From contig DGGR01000016.1 of assembly GCA_002392285.1 (NCBI GenBank), positions 1 through 26,343 of the forward strand: DNA of 26,343 nt, given 5' to 3'. This DNA is from Verrucomicrobia bacterium UBA3869. Its GTDB lineage: Bacteria > Verrucomicrobiota > Verrucomicrobiia > Opitutales > UBA9783. This document shows, piece after piece, positions 25,427 to 26,343 of this stretch. Position 1 is the stretch's first letter, and every line of letters starts with the position of its first letter. Made by a program: the position numbers and the translations under genes. The notes beneath the pieces were generated by a model that was given only the letters and a program-made list of their open reading frames with translations, was not told the origin of the DNA and ran no database searches.

Positions 25427-26343
25427 TTATAAGCGCAAGGGCATGATAACACCCAAAAAGTTATCATTGGTTTTAATAACACCAGGGCTTAAGGTGTCGC
25501 TAAATTCAAATACCACCCTGTCGTCTTGGATAGCTTTTAGAGGATCCATCAAAAATTTCGAATTAAAAGAAATCGCTAAGGGAGCATCTTTGTAATCAAT
25601 GGTCATGCTTTCGTGAGCTTCACCCAAATCAGCACTTGAGGCTGATATCTCCAAAGTATCTTCGTTGAATTGCAGCTTGATGGTATTACTTTCCAGGCTG
25701 GATACCAAAGCGGCGCGTTGAATGCATTCCAATAATAAGGCGCGTTCTAATTGCACATGATGGTCCGAGCTTTTTGGAATTACTTGTTGGTAATTAGGGA
25801 ATTTCCCTTCGATTATCTTGGATACCAACAGGATGCTGTTGCCCAGTCCGTTTTCGCGTGCACTTTCTTCCAAAACCAACTCAAACACCACCTGTTTGTC
25901 TTGATATGACACCTTGATGGATGATGGATGCTGAAGCAGTCGCTCCAATTCCGTTACGGTTTGGTATGGTAAGATGAAACTTTTATCTGCCAACTCATTG
26001 GCTGCACTTGCTTCAATCGGGCATTGCATTAAGCTTAAACGCCGACTATCGGTTGCTACCAATTGTAAAGCAGGCCCTTCAGCTTCTTGAGGAAAGGTAA
26101 AGTAAACGCCGTTCAAAAAGTAACGGTTTTGTTCAATCGATTGAGCATACGAAACGTGTCTCAATAAGGAACGTAACTTTTGTTGGTGAATCGTGAACGT
26201 AGGTTGTTGGCCGCATTTAGGCAAAGCAGGAAATGCTTTATCGTCCATTCCCATAATGCGGAATCGTGAACGACCACAGGTGATTTTTGCTTGTTCATTG
26301 GAGCTATCCACTTCTACCATTCCCTCTGGTAAAGCTTTAACAA
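25427..26343 (-). CDS. dnaN: DNA polymerase III beta sliding clamp, partial. The N-terminus lies beyond the right edge of the window.
   Basis: The reading frame stays open upstream of the track Met to the window edge (..VKALPEGMVEVD..). DnaN blocks present are F.I.G....FP, RY.L.GV, LVATD..RL, EG.FPNY..VIP and the C-terminal end ...G.IMP.RL. Confidence 0.9.
   Translation of the reverse strand, partial: VKALPEGMVEVDSSNEQAKITCGRSRFRIMGMDDKAFPALPKCGQQPTFTIHQQKLRSLLRHVSYAQSIEQNRYFLNGVYFTFPQEAEGPALQLVATDSRRLSLMQCPIEASAANELADKSFILPYQTVTELERLLQHPSSIKVSYQDKQVVFELVLEESARENGLGNSILLVSKIIEGKFPNYQQVIPKSSDHHVQLERALLLECIQRAALVSSLESNTIKLQFNEDTLEISASSADLGEAHESMTIDYKDAPLAISFNSKFLMDPLKAIQDDRVVFEFSDTLSPGVIKTNDNFLGVIMPLRL

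Noticed and set aside
25427-26343. The presence of dnaN suggests that oriC/dnaA boxes might be in the window.
   Set aside because: dnaN runs off the right edge and its upstream region is not in the window. I saw no cluster of TTATCCACA-like boxes in the available intergenic regions.

Overview
The window is a densely packed, housekeeping-type bacterial chromosome segment of about 45% GC by eye. It holds 30 supportable protein genes in four strand blocks, plus the 3' end of a tRNA-Thr. I found no CRISPR array, IS or transposase, integrase, phage gene or recognisable defence island.

Gene order, left to right:
- tRNA-Thr(CGU), a small basic protein and efp.
- rnhC (RNase HIII), thyA and folA.
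- LysM lipoprotein, ftsW, murG and a GspF/PilC-like platform protein.
- Minus strand: sufC, sufB, sufD, a DUF59/SufT-like gene, an M50-like protein and a small ORF.
- A beta-barrel outer-membrane protein (minus strand).
- DUF502, a truncated MscS-like protein, nrnA-like, truB, ribF and comEC.
- An ABC ATPase and a large solute-binding protein.
- An HldC/RfaE-II-like nucleotidyltransferase.
- Minus strand: dnaN (partial), lolC/E, lolD, a Gfo/Idh/MocA oxidoreductase and lpxB.

Several features suggest a PVC-superphylum, Chlamydiae-like Gram-negative organism. They are RNase HIII, the small basic protein next to a tRNA, LysM-ftsW-murG synteny, a ComEC without a beta-lactamase domain, and Lol/Lpx genes. 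This placement is inference only.

I do not see a clear-cut novel multi-gene system. The most unusual items are:
- an orphan GspF-like platform gene tightly coupled to ftsW-murG;
- an M50 protease homologue with a broken HExxH motif (HEYGY) at the tail of the suf operon, followed by an overlapping 100-codon signal-peptide/basic-tail ORF;
- an Arg-tip EF-P with no adjacent EarP;
- an ABC ATPase plus oversized binding protein with no permease;
- a RibF with a degenerate kinase domain;
- a C-terminally truncated MscS-like protein;
- a GnnA-like oxidoreductase coupled to lpxB.

All functional calls come from motif recognition by eye, without database searches.
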